From the human T2T-CHM13v2.0 reference genome, Homo sapiens, in assembly GCF_009914755.1 (NCBI RefSeq), contig NC_060937.1: a stretch of 64,000 bases of DNA, one strand, 5' to 3'. Positions 1 to 13,708 of this stretch are shown here, piece by piece. Each line of letters begins with the position of its first letter. The stretch's first letter is position 1. Made by a program: the position numbers and the translations under genes. Below the pieces are notes generated by a model that saw only the letters and a program-made list of their open reading frames with translations, was not told where the DNA came from and made no database searches.

Positions 1-375
1 CATAGGATCTTTTTTTGTACTAATATGTCATCAGCATATCTTCATATCAATAAAGTTCAATTCTTATTTTAATGGTTTGCATTTATTCCAATTTCATAAT
101 TTATAATCGATAACTTATTGCTAGAGACTAAGATTGTTTCCATTTTTAAAAAATTGCCATAATGCCTCATAAACATCCTCAAACATATGCCCTTGGCTAC
201 TGCCCCCAATTTTTCTTAGGATACATTTCTAAAAGCGGACTTTCTTGGTCAGATAGTATGTATGTTTTACTTTTGGATACATATTGCCAAACGGTTTTCT
301 GGAAAAGATGTTTTAATTCATACTCTTGGCAACAATGTATGCGAATGTCCCTTTCAGCCAGCAATAAATACTGTC
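1..375 (-). mobile_element. Old L1 (L1ME-like) 3' fragment
   Basis: Degenerate similarity to the antisense L1M 3' region (tttcttaggatacatttctaaaagcgga...cttggtcagatagtatg). Boundaries approximate. Confidence 0.55.
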
Positions 376-479
376 TTTTTTAAGAAAAGAAAAGTTAACA
401 TGAGGCCAGAACAAAGACAGCATGTTGACAGCAGGGCTTGTAATGGCTAAATTGAAAGGTGGTAGCATCTCATGCTGAA

Positions 480-690
480 TAAAAAGGCTCTTGCAGCTGA
501 GCAACCTGGTTTTGAGTCCCAGTTTTACCACTAGCCAGTTATATAACATTGGGTTAGATAATTAACTTTCCAATCATTGTCATTTTTTACATGCAAAGTG
601 GAGACATTAATAGTGCCCACTTCACAGTATTATTATGAAAATTAAATAAGACAGTTTGTAAAGCCATTAGACTAGTGCAGATCTCAATAT
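480..690 (+). mobile_element. MIR SINE
   Basis: Core-like ctggttttgagtcccagttttaccactagc...tgcaaagtggagacattaatagtgcccacttcacagtatt. Confidence 0.65.
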
Positions 691-3004
691 ATGGGAGTGA
701 CTGTAAGAAGATGTTCTGAATTAGTAGAATCTCACCAATAACACAAATGAATTTCCATGGCACTCTCCTCTTAGCACAATCATTTGGAAGCGCATGGAGA
801 TTTCAACTTTGAGAATTCTCTCAGGCCTGTCCATTTGCAACTGCTACAGTTTTATAACTGGTCGGTTGGTTTGTAAAGTAGCTAAAAATGCTTCTGGGAT
901 TGTTCCATTATAGGCATAATATCATCATCATCAACAACATGAATAACAGGTTATCTAATGGATAGTGGTAAGAGAAAGAATCTTGGTAATGGAGAATCAC
1001 TAGCAGCTGAATTAGAATTCCAAACTCAAGACAGGCACACACACATCCACATACACAGTAATGCAGAGAAAATCTAAAATTTACTTTGCAATTTGCATGC
1101 TCTTTGGATTCTTTGAAAATTTATGGTTTTTCAAAAAATAGCTAATAGTCACTATGACAGAAAATAGTGAAAGTGGATACCTGGCTTGATTTCATTACGA
1201 AATAATATATTCAATGATGCAACCTCACAAAATTTAATTCTCATTTATGGTTTCCTATGATGATTGTACTATTCTATTATTATGGTTTCTTATTAGAAGG
1301 CACTCATTATTACACCATGCTAGAAGCACCCTTCCCTGAAATGCATTAATTGAATTGTTTTCTCACATATTTTAATGATGTATATTCATGAGGAAATAAA
1401 TGGTCTTGGAACACAGTAAACACATTTTTGCTAAAGTATTTTCTTTGAGCATTAAGTTATATGTAGCTTTCTTTTTGGAGGAGAAATTCTTTCCATTTTG
1501 GATCATGTGTCTTTTCATCCATTTTTTCTCTACTTTTTAACCCAGCACTGAACATTTATGCACAAGTTGCTTTAGGCATTGTATAACCCATATTCTAAGA
1601 ATGTTGATGGAAACCCAAAGGAGAAAAACTCAAAAGTGCCCATTCTTCCCACACCAGTTCTACCTTTATCAGTCTTCTCTGTTAATTAGGGGATATTAAT
1701 TCAGAAAACACATGTCAGCAAGAGTGCTCAATCAGAGATAATAACAGACCCAGAAATGATTGCTGTCTTTGTGCAATCAGAATATTTAATTATTTACCAA
1801 ACCTTCAATATGATCCTATTGGATTATGATTCATTTATAAAAGTTAGATATGTATTGACTGTCAGAAGCCTGCTTTCTGTCTCCTACCATTTTAACAGAA
1901 AAGTAGCCTTGTGTGGCTCTAAAATTTAGCAGTTCTTTGAGTTCTACTCAAGGCAAAGTTGGGATAAGCTCATCTCCATCATGAGCTAGTCTAGATCAGA
2001 GGACCATGGGGCTCATAACAGGTATCTGAAGTAAAGCATCTAAATAATGGGAGTAAAGGTCTGGGTTAGTGAGATACGGTACTCAGGACTTCGTCTTTCA
2101 GCTCACCTGCACATCCCAACATCCAGTCATGGGACATCACTAAAAAGTTGTGGCCTGGGTAACCCTATAGTGGATTAACAAAGCAGGGTATTATATCATG
2201 GGTGTATGAATCACTTATCCTTCAACCCAATCCACAACTGAGCACAAGGCAATAGTTACCCACGTCTAAGAATCAGGCAGGTATGAAATCACAAGGCTCT
2301 CAGAGGCCAGAGTCAATATTTAGTAATTTGAAATTTTCTACATCATTTTCCTTCTGTTTTCCAGTTACATGTTATATTATGGTCTCCTAAAGACCCTTGG
2401 CATTAATGTCTCTGTAATTTGTTCCTATGCTGTGTCTTGGAGGCATTTGGTGGTGACCATTCAATTGAAAAATATTGCTTCGTTATTTTAAAGAAACAGT
2501 TCTCATCACAGATTTCCTTTCGCCTCCCTTGAAATGGTCCCTGTCAGAGCCAGTTCCTAGTGAGCTGCCTAATATAACAGAAAGCCCCTTCTTTGTTCTG
2601 AAAATGTGCATATATATATATATATATATATACACATATTTTCTATACACATGGCTGTTATGGGAAGTCTGCAGACTTAGACATCAACAAGTCCAACAAG
2701 CCCAGGACCCTTTAGTCCTTTGATGAGAATAGCCTATATTTAACAACTGCAAATTTTCCATATGCTAGAGAAAGGCAAGAATGTACTTCCATGTTTGAAA
2801 AGCTGTGTGCATTATAATAATCATCTTTATTTTATTTCCTTCAAATTAGTAACTTGTGATCTAGTGTTTTAAACCACTGAATGAGAAGTCCCTGTTCACG
2901 GAATTTGGTCATATTTTACAAACATAATAGCATCATGGCAAATTATGTCTCTCCCTTCTCTACACATAAAAGCATCAGAGGGCCCACTCGCAAGTGGCTA
3001 GCCA

Positions 3005-3095
3005 GGGTGGGCGGGGCCTGAAGCTCGTTGCTAGGCTGCCTGAGTGGTGTTTCACCCAGAGGCTGACAGCAGGAGCTTTGGTTGCTTAGCAACCA
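3005..3095. promoter_or_regulatory. Candidate intronic regulatory element: GC-box plus RFX X-box-like palindrome
   Basis: gggtgggcggggc (3005-3017), gttgctagg half-site (3027-3035) and palindrome tggttgct-t-agcaacca (3079-3095) in a local GC-rich patch. Motif match only. Confidence 0.45.
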
Positions 3096-4618
3096 GGTCC
3101 TCAGCTATAGCATTTTTCTTAATGAAGGTTTTTCACAATTCTCTGTATGATTACCACTGCTGAATATCTAGACGCATTACCTCTGAATTACCAATTTATT
3201 CCTCTTGATTAAGTACAATTTTGCATCAAAATGATTCTGTACAACTTTGTTCCAAGTCTCTTCACATTTCCCTTTCTATTAGAACCATTGCCTGACTTGG
3301 TGGTGCTTCCAAACACTATTTTTTCCAGCTGTGATTTTATACGTGAGAGTTACTCCATAAACATACTATGGTTTTAAAGGAATCTTAGGTCATCTCCAGG
3401 AACACTGCATGTGAGTTAAGGGCTGAGATCATAGTTCCATATTCCATTTAGGTCTCAAAGTCATAACTGAAAACATGTCCTTCTAGAGGCTGCCACCTCG
3501 GAATGGACCGGGAACTTTCTTATCTCTCATAGTTTGCAAAAAGAGAGGAGAGAGGAGATGAGAACTTGCTATGGTTGATTTCTTGAAGGCTTTTCTACAT
3601 GGCATTTCTGATATAACCTGGATAGCATATTCAAAAAACCTTTCATGGAAGTTTGAACAGTTGTTTGTAAAAACTGAATAAGACTGACACTATTTCATCT
3701 ATAATGAATTGACTGGACAATTCAGACTTTTACAGCATCATAAAGATGCCTCAACACCACCAGGCTTTTCCCAAATTAGTGTGTTTAATTGCATTTTAAC
3801 AAATAATTATTAAAAGCTCAACTTGAGGGTTTTCAAAAGTAAAATTTGTACACCTCGGCTCCTTGATAGATACCTTTGTCTTAACAGTATTTGTAAGTGT
3901 TTACAAAGTTGTTAAATATCCTTTAGAATTTAATATTATAATAATTACAAGGCATTATATCATTTTATTCCTGATTCTGGAATTTATATTTTCTCTCTCT
4001 TTTATAAAGATTCACGCTAGAAGAAGATACACAAATCTGCCCTTCCTTTTTTTAACACCACAAAAACACACACGTGAAACAAAACCAAAAATAAAAACAA
4101 AGGCATTGGATCTGAATTGCCCTCTTTTGTAATAACTGCCCTGCTGCTTTTAGCAAATCTGTAGCCCACCTTCAAATTCTCAGGAGCCTTATGGTTTTAT
4201 GGAAACAATATTGCTATGGAACTTATGGGAATCCTTCTGAATATATAGGGATTCTTTAAAAAATCACAAACATGCATTTGGGGTTGAGGGATCTTTTTCA
4301 TAGTTTATTGTACTGTGGTTTGTTCTGAATGAAATATATTTTCCATTACAAAATTCTAATCCTACACATAGACATTACATAGGCTTGCAAGTACATGAAT
4401 AAATACCCATAAAAGTAAGAAATTCCATAGTGGTTGCATTTTATCCACAAGCCATTTGAGGATTTGTGATGTCAGAATCAAAGGTATGTAATAAATGTGG
4501 TTGACGATCTTGGTTTTGTATCAAAACCACCCACGGAGCTGTTACAAAATATAGGTGTCATTACCTCACTGCCTGGAAGCTCTGATTTGATTGTTCTGTG
4601 TTTGGGCCTTTGAACCTG

Positions 4619-4930
4619 TTTTATTTTATTTTCTTTTATGTTTTTTGGGGATAGGATCTTGCTCTGTCACCCAGGCTGGGGTGCAGTGTTGTGATTGCAG
4701 CTCACTGTACCTTTGACCTCCTGAGCTCAAGTGATCCTCCCATCTCAGCCTACTGAGTAGCTGGGACTACAAGCTCATGCCACTACTCTTGGCTAATTTT
4801 TAAAATTTTTTTGTAGAGACAGGGTCTTGCTACATTACCTAGGCTGATCTCAAACTCCTGGGCTCAAGCAATCCCTCTCCCTCAGCCTCCCAAAGTGCTG
4901 GAATTACAAGCATGAGCCACTGTGCCTGAC
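4619..4930 (-). mobile_element. AluJ-like SINE
   Basis: Full dimer in reverse orientation with T-rich tail and J-type ggctcaagcaatcc; lies ~140 nt from the exon 9 donor. Confidence 0.9.
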
Positions 4931-4969
4931 TGGCAACTGTATTTTTAAACAGCTTCCTGAGTCAGACTA

Positions 4970-5476
<507 letters not shown>

Positions 5477-7286
5477 TCACAGCTGACTTTTGAAATAAGA
5501 AAGCATTTTCCAGAAAAACAATCAATATTTATCCATACTTATTTTCTCAATGACAAAAGTGCTTCAAAAATTGATTAGAATCACATGCAACACATTTTAC
5601 TGTTCTCTTAAAATTTTAATAAAGTTGTTTCTGACTTCAAGCCAGGGTAATTTCAACATCTAACAATAAAATAATTTGATATTATACCTTTAGCTGTTAA
5701 ATGCAAATAATAATGTGGAAAAGGAAATAAACAGTCAAACCAAGTATATATATGTATAATTAAAAAAAGGATATGTACCATTTAAGCTTGCCACTTGGAG
5801 CCTAACACATTCAATAAGCTGAAAAGCACCTGCTATAGTTTTAACCAAAATGAAATAAATGGGAGAACTGAGTTTCATTTGAAATCACTTTCTCACAGGG
5901 AGAGTAAAGTATCTCAGGCTCCACAATTGATATGAAGGAGCTTGTCTTTGGATTCCATGGTGTTACCGAACACCAGAATGTAAGGCAGTGAATCACCAAA
6001 TAGGACTTTGTATTTTCTGGGAGAATTACCTCATAGAAAGTACTTCTAGTAATGGAAAGAAAGGAAAGCTAAAAATATGTGGATAGATTTTTTAACATTG
6101 GTTAAGAGAACCTAAAATGCCATGTAGGGAAAAGATGTGTTTAATCCTAACAACACTATAAGATGTTTTACAGACAGGGAAACTAAAGCATATAAAGATA
6201 AAGTGACTTGTCTGAGGATGCAAAGATAATAATTAAGGGAACTGGAATTAACTCAGTCATTCTGGTACAAAGCCCCACACATCCAACTGTGATGATATCT
6301 TGCCTCTTTAATAGTCTTTCTGTAGTTAGTTTCTCCATCTGTAAAATGGGAAATAACACAGACTTTACTGTGTTGTAAGGATTTAATGACTTAATTCCTG
6401 TAAATCACAGGGTAGGTTCTTAAGATATTTCAGGTATCATTTATGACTATAAAATTGAAAATAATTGCTCAATATGCTTTTGTGAGAAAACACACACACA
6501 TATACCATTGAAGTTGTTTATAAAATAAATATAAGTTGTTATTCATAAAACTGGTAAACATTTGTACCTCAATAAATTCTACTTCTATAAATAAGTTTTA
6601 TTATTACAGAATATAAAACCAATCTCCACTCATACATGTTTTAGTTACACAGAAATTTAAACTAGAATGTGCATATGACCAAGTATCCAAACAAAGAGGA
6701 GAGTTGCACAGGTTGGGGCAGCCTCACTGTTTCTTTGAGCCTGTGCATGAGAAAGCAGAATCAGAGCAACAGCAAACACCAAGGCATGCAGAACAGAAGG
6801 CAAGTCCAGCCGCAGACTTGATGACAAGGGAGAAAAAGAGGCTGGAAAGAAAAGCTAAGAGAAAGAAGCAAAGTGCAGTCCTATCGCCTATTATGCATTA
6901 ATGTGTGCTAATATACTTTCTATAGAATATAACTTCATAAATGTCCTGCCTTTCATTTTAAAAATCATATTTTGTACATTGGTACTGTAACTCCTTGTCA
7001 TACAGCTGGTATTTGTAAAGCATGTTGAGTTTCTAGCCTCTTTAACACAACATGCTAAGGAAATCTCTGTCTTATTAGCTAGGCAAATGGCGAAGTGGGG
7101 ATGAGGGCAGATATTATCAATACCATCTTACAGAAAAGAAAAGTGAAGGTCACTGGTTAATGAAGGTCTCCAAGGTGGAAAGTGGTAGAACCAGAAATTG
7201 AACCCATATCATCAGGTCAAAAAAAATTTTTTTTTACCATGCTATTTATATTTCTCTTGATTGAGACTGGGGCTTTAAAAAGAAAT

Positions 7287-7563
7287 TATTAATGGGTACA
7301 AACATAGAGTTAGATAGAAGGAATAAGTTGTAATGTTCCATGGCAGACGAGGGTGATTATAGTTAACAACAATGTATTGTGTATTTCAAAATAGCTAGCA
7401 GAGAGGCCTTGAAATGTTCCCAACACATAGAAATGATAAATGCTTGAGGTTATGGATATCCTAAATATCTTGATTTGATAATTACACATTTTATCCATAA
7501 AACAAAATATCACAGGTACCCCATAAATATGTACAATTATTATGTATCAATAAGTATGTTAAA
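7287..7563 (+). mobile_element. L1MA-like 3' end
   Basis: aatgggtacaaacatagagttagatagaaggaataag...ccccataaatatgtacaattattatgtatcaat is a typical L1MA 3' terminus. Confidence 0.8.
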
Positions 7564-7642
7564 AAGAGATTATTTTCTCTTATTATCCTTAAATATAGTT
7601 AATGTTTTTCTGAGGGATTATAATGGCTAAGTTTATTGTTTC

Positions 7643-8185
7643 TTTTTTTTTTTTTTTTTTTTTTTAGTGAAAGCTGGGTCCAGGGGGATCACTGCCTTCT
7701 GGTCCTGTGATGCCGCCAACGTACTGGATATACCAGCATTTATTGTTAAGTTTAGTGAGGGTGGGGGTAGTTTAGTGAGGGATTTAGAGTCATTTGATTA
7801 TGAAGTGAGATGGTCACATGGGGATGAAGTAATTCTTTAACATAATATCTGTATGCAGAAGTACAGTATACAGAGATAAGAATTTACAATATTGTGTGCA
7901 TCAGCAATTTCTAACAGAGCCTTAAAACAGAAAACAGTCTTTCCATAACCTATGATTAGCAAGGTATTAATCAGCAGTAACAGTTGCAGCAAAAGCTGGT
8001 TACAAACAATCCATAGAAACAGGACGTGAAGCTAGACAACCGGTTACAACACAAATTCTCAGAAGGGAGTATGCCTTAACCCTAAAGAGGCCTAGAAGAG
8101 CCCTGGCAAGATAAGGGCATTTATAGCCCTATCTTATCCATATGAACAGGCGCCCCCTCATGCATCTGTTCATAGGCTCTCCACA
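7643..8185 (-). mobile_element. ERVK-class LTR U3-R segment with poly(A) tail and no U5 (best guess LTR14C/HML-9 type)
   Basis: Minus strand begins tgtggagagcctat..., has AATAAA at 7744-7739, ends ...ggacccagctttcact followed by A23 (T run 7643-7665). Family is from recall and uncertain. Confidence 0.7.
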
Positions 8186-11100
8186 GTAAACTTATAAGTT
8201 TCTTAAAAGTTGACTTTTAAGAAAAAGGTTCAGAGAGGAACAACACATACATAAAATGTCAACAGCAAACAGAAGCAACTGTTTTTATTGATGATTCATA
8301 GGTACTAACACTGGACAATACCTTTGCTTTATGTGCACTGAATATGAAACATATTTTTAACATTAAACAAACAATTTATAATGTATATCCCTTATTTTCC
8401 TCTAGGTTTTTGAATGAAACCAAACAGTGGCTACAGAAATCCACTATTATCTACCATTCAAGTTTAATAGCTGTATTAACTGAGCATTTTCATGTAGAAT
8501 ATGGAGCTTGTCACTATAAGATTAAATTTGAGAGGAACATTGAAAATTATCCTCCCTCTCCCTGTCCAGATCTTTCTTAATCACATCTGCAAGCAAGATG
8601 TCATTTGGAGTCAAGTAAAAAAGAGCACATTGAACTAGTAGCCTTGAAACTTCTACTCCATTTTTTTTTCTAATTGGACAAAGGAAAAAAGGAAAGAAAC
8701 AGAAACCCACAGTACAGCTCAAAGAGAAGGGTTTGTTGACACAAAGAGGTGAGACATTCGTGAAAGTATAACCAAAACACTCCCCAGGAAGACGCTGACG
8801 ATGGAAAGAAATGTTTCCCATACGTGAACTACACTGGGTAGAAAGGCTGTGAAGAAGTAACAGTTACAAAGGCAAAGGCAATGGACGAAGATGGTCCTTC
8901 CTCATCTCTTTACTACTCCTGGCTTTGCCAAACATAGCAAAAGAAATCACTTTTCAAAAATGGTTTTCCAATGGTCGACCAATATTTAAACTGACAAAAA
9001 TCAAATGTATGTTCCTTTCATTTTCTTTGGGAAGTGGAGGACCCTGAGAAAGAAACTGTAGCTACTGAAACTTCTTTTGCACAGTCCCGCTCTCGCTGCT
9101 GGCCCTGCACTGCTTCCCTCTGGCCCTCTTGACAGACTCCTGGGCTGCCCAGCTCAGCTCCTCTGTGCCCTCAGCTACACTAGGCAATGGCCCTTAGTAC
9201 TCCCAGAGAGCCTCCCATTCAACTGTCTCATGTCACTCGTCATACTGAATTCTCTACCTTGTTTGTTTCCCTCAGTAGGTGTGAGCACTCTAAAGTTAAA
9301 ACTGTATCTTTCATTTCTGTACCAGACACTGAGGAGCACTCAAAGATTGTTGATAAATTAAACAATGATTTTGTAGCCTACAGACATAGGAAAGCATTTC
9401 TCAAATATTTGCTTTTTGATTAATTCTTCCTCAATATTAATACTGCACAGATAATTTGGAAACTATTTTGTAGTGAATTGACTTTGCTTTGCTGATTTTC
9501 AAAATTCTCTTAAAACACCTGCACACTCATATATAAACATAAAAACCCATGCTATACACACAGAAAAGTCTTCATCTACTGTTTGATCCAACATGGAAAA
9601 TTTCTAGGAAGAACATTGATACATTTAAAATATTTTTTCTAGATGTGCTACAGAATATTTTTAGTCCATTTTAATTATAGAACTAAAATTTCTGGCTAAA
9701 CGACCATATTTTTGTTAAATGAAAAATGATGCTACAACAGCACCTGGGAATATAACGCATTAATTTTTTAGAGAACAATAAGGCCTGTTCCAAAAATATC
9801 CCTGGAGAGCTCTTGGAATAGCACTACTTTCTCAGACCCCAAACTCTCAAGGCACAAATTAAAGCTGTGCAAGAAATGCAATCACAACAATGATACTCAT
9901 GATAATCAGTTCTCCTGATTTCATTCATTCTTTCTGACCTCTTCCACTGGTGGTTTGAATTGATTAAATAAGAAGACCACAAGTCTATGTTTAGAAGATA
10001 AATACTAACCTTGAAACTTTCTACACACTGCCTGTATTGAGAATAGTAGAGGATATTTTTTATAGCTCTGAACAAAATTATATTCCCATCTGTTTTGATT
10101 ACCTTTAGGATTTTATTTACCGCTTTGCCCTCTTCTGCTGACTCTTTTCCCATGAAAAAAGAGGTGAGATATTTGTGTTTTGGGAGTACTCCCATTTGTT
10201 TCTTCTAGTCTTAGGTTACATAACCACATTGTCATTCCACTCTCAAGTGAGAGGGTCATAAAATTGTGATGATAACTAGCAACACACTACAAACCTGGGG
10301 TCCTACCACTAAACCTCTCTCCAAACACAAAATACCTATAGTACTATTCTAACAATGGTAATACCTGATCTGCCATGACAGAAGTTGGGAAGTTAGAATT
10401 GGAGATGTAAGCCCGAGACAGTGGAATAAGAATGAGTCAGTACCCAAGGGCTTGGTCTGAAAAATCACCTTCACTCCCACACTCAGAATTTTTAAAAGAA
10501 CAAAGAGGATTTATTTTATGACCATCCATTTCTTTCTCTCTCCCAGTGTTTGGATCCTCAGCAATGTTCTTGAACTTTAACCCCTCCAGGGATATGGAAC
10601 ACCCCATCTTCTGAGACAGCTCCTTACCAGGTATGCTAGAGCCCATTCACTGGATGCTGCCAGGCTTCAGTCCCTTTGGGAACCTCTCTTGGGCTTGCAA
10701 GGCACAACAAGCTATAGGAGTCTGCAGAATTAGTCCTTGCACCCCCTTTGCGTGAATCATCCTTTGTGTTACTCGGGTCATCCTGCTACAGGTGCTTGTT
10801 TTCTTATCTGGTCCTTTAACTCTTCCAATCTGATCTACTGTTTATGAAATTGGCCTGATTATCCGGCTTCATTTACTGTCTGGGAATAGACTTTCATCTG
10901 TGGTGAACAAAATGGCAACTTTCTTGTTACTCAAGATCATCAGTTTCCCTCAGACTTTTCTAAATGACTCTTTCTGATCCTCCAGCTGACTCTGATCAGA
11001 CATCACCCTTTTCAGAGAGAAGCTGATTGACTTTGTCCTGGTTAAATCTCAGTTTGAGCATCCCCTTCAGTTGGAAGGGAAAAGAAACTTACACGTTACT

Positions 11101-11409
11101 CAACCACTATACATGGATGACTATGCTGTATCTGTGTCTCAATGAACTGTCTACTGTCAGTCAGTAGATTTAACTGTGGAAGTGTATGATCCTAATCCTA
11201 AACTCCAAATAGATACTTATTTGCTCAACTACATTTGCAATGACTAAATATTCAATCCTGAATGGTGGTCAAATAAGAGCTTGATGTTTTCACATGTGCA
11301 TGATTAGAAGTACAACTTGTTCAAGATGGGGTGGGTTGTGCTATATTGGTTTTTATTTGTTTCTGTCTTTTTATGTTTACATATATACAACTTGCCTAAT
11401 CTCCAGCTA

Positions 11410-11671
11410 TTTTTTTTTTTTGAGACGGTGTCTTGCTCTGTCACCCAGGCTGGAGTGCAGTGGCTTGATCTCAACGCACTGCAACCTCTGCCTCCAGATT
11501 CAAGTGATTCTCCTGCCTCAGCCTCCCCAAGTAGCTGGGACTACAGGCACATGCCACCACGCCTGGCTAAGTTTTGTATTTTTAGTAGAGACAGGGTTTC
11601 GTCATGTTGGCCAGGCTGGCCTCGAACTCCTGACCTCAGGTGATCCACTCACCTCGGCCTCCCAAAGTGCT
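11410..11671 (-). mobile_element. AluS, lacking ~30 nt of its 5' end
   Basis: Poly-T then gagacggtgtcttgctctg...cctcccaaagtgct, where similarity stops. Confidence 0.9.
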
Positions 11672-11814
11672 AGAACTGCTCCATAGGGCAATATTCTTAT
11701 TAAACTGCAGAACTAATGAAAAAAGAGAGCGATGAATAGTTTAAGAGAGAACTTGCTGAAGCTACACAAAATGTAAGTTTGGTACTAGTGACATCTGCAG
11801 GTGGATGATGCTTT

Positions 11815-11968
11815 AATGGGAAGGTCTGTCCTATGCATTGCAAGATGTGTAGCCACACCCCTGACCTCTACCCACTAAATTCCAACAGTCCCTGCAACCC
11901 CCAACCAAAAATACTTGTAGACATTCACCAGTGGCCCTTGTTGGAAAAATTGCCAATTGAGAAACACT
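11815..11968. mobile_element. MER20-like hAT DNA transposon fragment
   Basis: ctgtcctatgcattgcaagatgtgtagc...cctctacccactaaattcca...aattgagaaacact. Confidence 0.65.
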
Positions 11969-13352
11969 TTTCTAACTTGACAGCCTCTCTGATTCTTCAG
12001 CTTTTGCCCTGCAGTGCCTAGCACAGGGTCTAGCATATAATTTATATTAAGTATTTTTGAAATGAATTGAATCTCTTCACTTGAGATCAAATACAAGACT
12101 TAAAAATGACATTTCATTCTTCTTTAAAGATTTTTGAAGGCTAAAAGCCTAGATCCTAAGACATTGCTTATTTGTATAAAGTATTTGCCACACAGTAGAC
12201 AGCTCAATAGTACCATTACATAAATTTTTATCATTTTGCTGTTTTAACAACTAGGCACTGGAAAGAAAAGCTTATTTCTTTTTAAAATTCCTGCTATGTA
12301 GTAAGATGACTGTATACATGCATATCTTAGAATTTGGGGGAAGGGAGGCTATCTCTGCTTGCGGAATAAGCCATTACAAAAGTACATTAATTAAAATCGA
12401 AAATAAATTAACATATTTTGAATGAAATAAATAGTGCAAAATGTTCCCAAACGAAATTAAATGACTGCCTTCTGAACTGTCCCAAGACAAACCACACACA
12501 GGGTTTTTTTTGTTTGTTTGTTTGTTTGTTTGTTTGTTTTTGGGTAAGCTTTCAGGTTTTTCTTCTGAATCAAGATGAGACATTCAGTATATTCATAGAA
12601 AAACACAGAAGAAAACAGACTAATTCTTAATCCACGTTGGTAGACTCTGGTTCTGTCTGGATCATGAGACAGATAATACAAACTTGCAAAACAGCTCAGT
12701 AGCCTCTACAATGAAACCTAAGCAGCAGCCACCAGATTAAGAACAAAGTGGCCACCTCTTCAATTCAGCTACAAACTTGCATTTGAGGTCACTTTTGATG
12801 GCAAAATCTATATTGCAATTATTAGTTTTTATTTTTGGTGAACTCTCAGTTTCTCTCATCCTCTAATAATCTCTTCACTCAGATATACCATCTGTTATGC
12901 AGATTTTAGCCACATATTAAAAAAAATTTTAGCCAAAGGTCAGTAGTGAGATTGACTGTAACTTACTATAATGTTTTTCTTCACCAAATTTCCCCACACC
13001 ATCTCAGCACTTTCTTCTTAACTGAGAGCTGGTTCTGTGGTAAGAGTAAATTGTACCCCAACAGTAGTTATCATAAAGTAAATGTATTTAGTGTGACATA
13101 ATTAAAAAAAAAAAGCAGCAGCGAGGGGTGTGTACTCTTAAGGTGGACATCTGGACTCAACATAATGAACATTTGTCACGGTGGCTGGATGATCCACATA
13201 CATGAAATAAGATCATGTGGATCAGCAGACCAGCAACAGCAAGAAAGGTGCATCCTGAATTGCAGAGATTTACTAAACGATAAAGCAGCTAGAACTAAAT
13301 TACTTGGGAGGATGTTACCATCCTAGTGAATAAAACCTCTGTAAACCATGTT

Positions 13353-13560
13353 TTCTCCCTCCGATCCTCCTTCCTTCCTTCCCTCCTTCTTCTTCTTCCT
13401 CTTCTTTTCCTTCCTTCCTTCTTTTTCTTTTTCTTCTTTCTTTCTTTCCTTCCTTCCTTCCTTCCTTCCTTCCTTCCTTCCTTCCTTCCTTCCCTCCTTC
13501 CTTCCTTTCTTTCTCTTTTTTTTCTCTCTCTTTCTTTCTTCCTTTCCTTTTTTTCTTTTT
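13353..13560. repeat. Pure pyrimidine/purine tract with about 12 perfect (TTCC) units, expanded Alu tail
   Basis: (TTCC)n at 13446-13493 within ~200 nt that are almost entirely C/T. Confidence 0.95.
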
Positions 13561-13708
13561 CTGAGATGGAGTCTCGCCCTGTCACCCAGGCTGGAGTGCA
13601 GTGGTACAGTCTTGGCTCACTGCAGCCTTCACCTCCTGGGTTCAACCAATTTTCTGCCTCAGCCTCCCAAGGAGCTGGGATTACAGGCATAAGCCACCAC
13701 GCTCAGCC
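13550..13708 (-). mobile_element. Chimeric Alu monomer (left-arm 5' end fused to right arm)
   Basis: Right-arm sequence runs straight into gggattacaggcataagccaccacgctcagcc with no middle A-rich linker. Confidence 0.8.

Noticed and set aside
13190-13224. 10-bp inverted repeat as a pre-miRNA
   Set aside because: Stem too short; such pairs are expected by chance in 64 kb. The same applies to 9-bp stems near 28912 and 56203.
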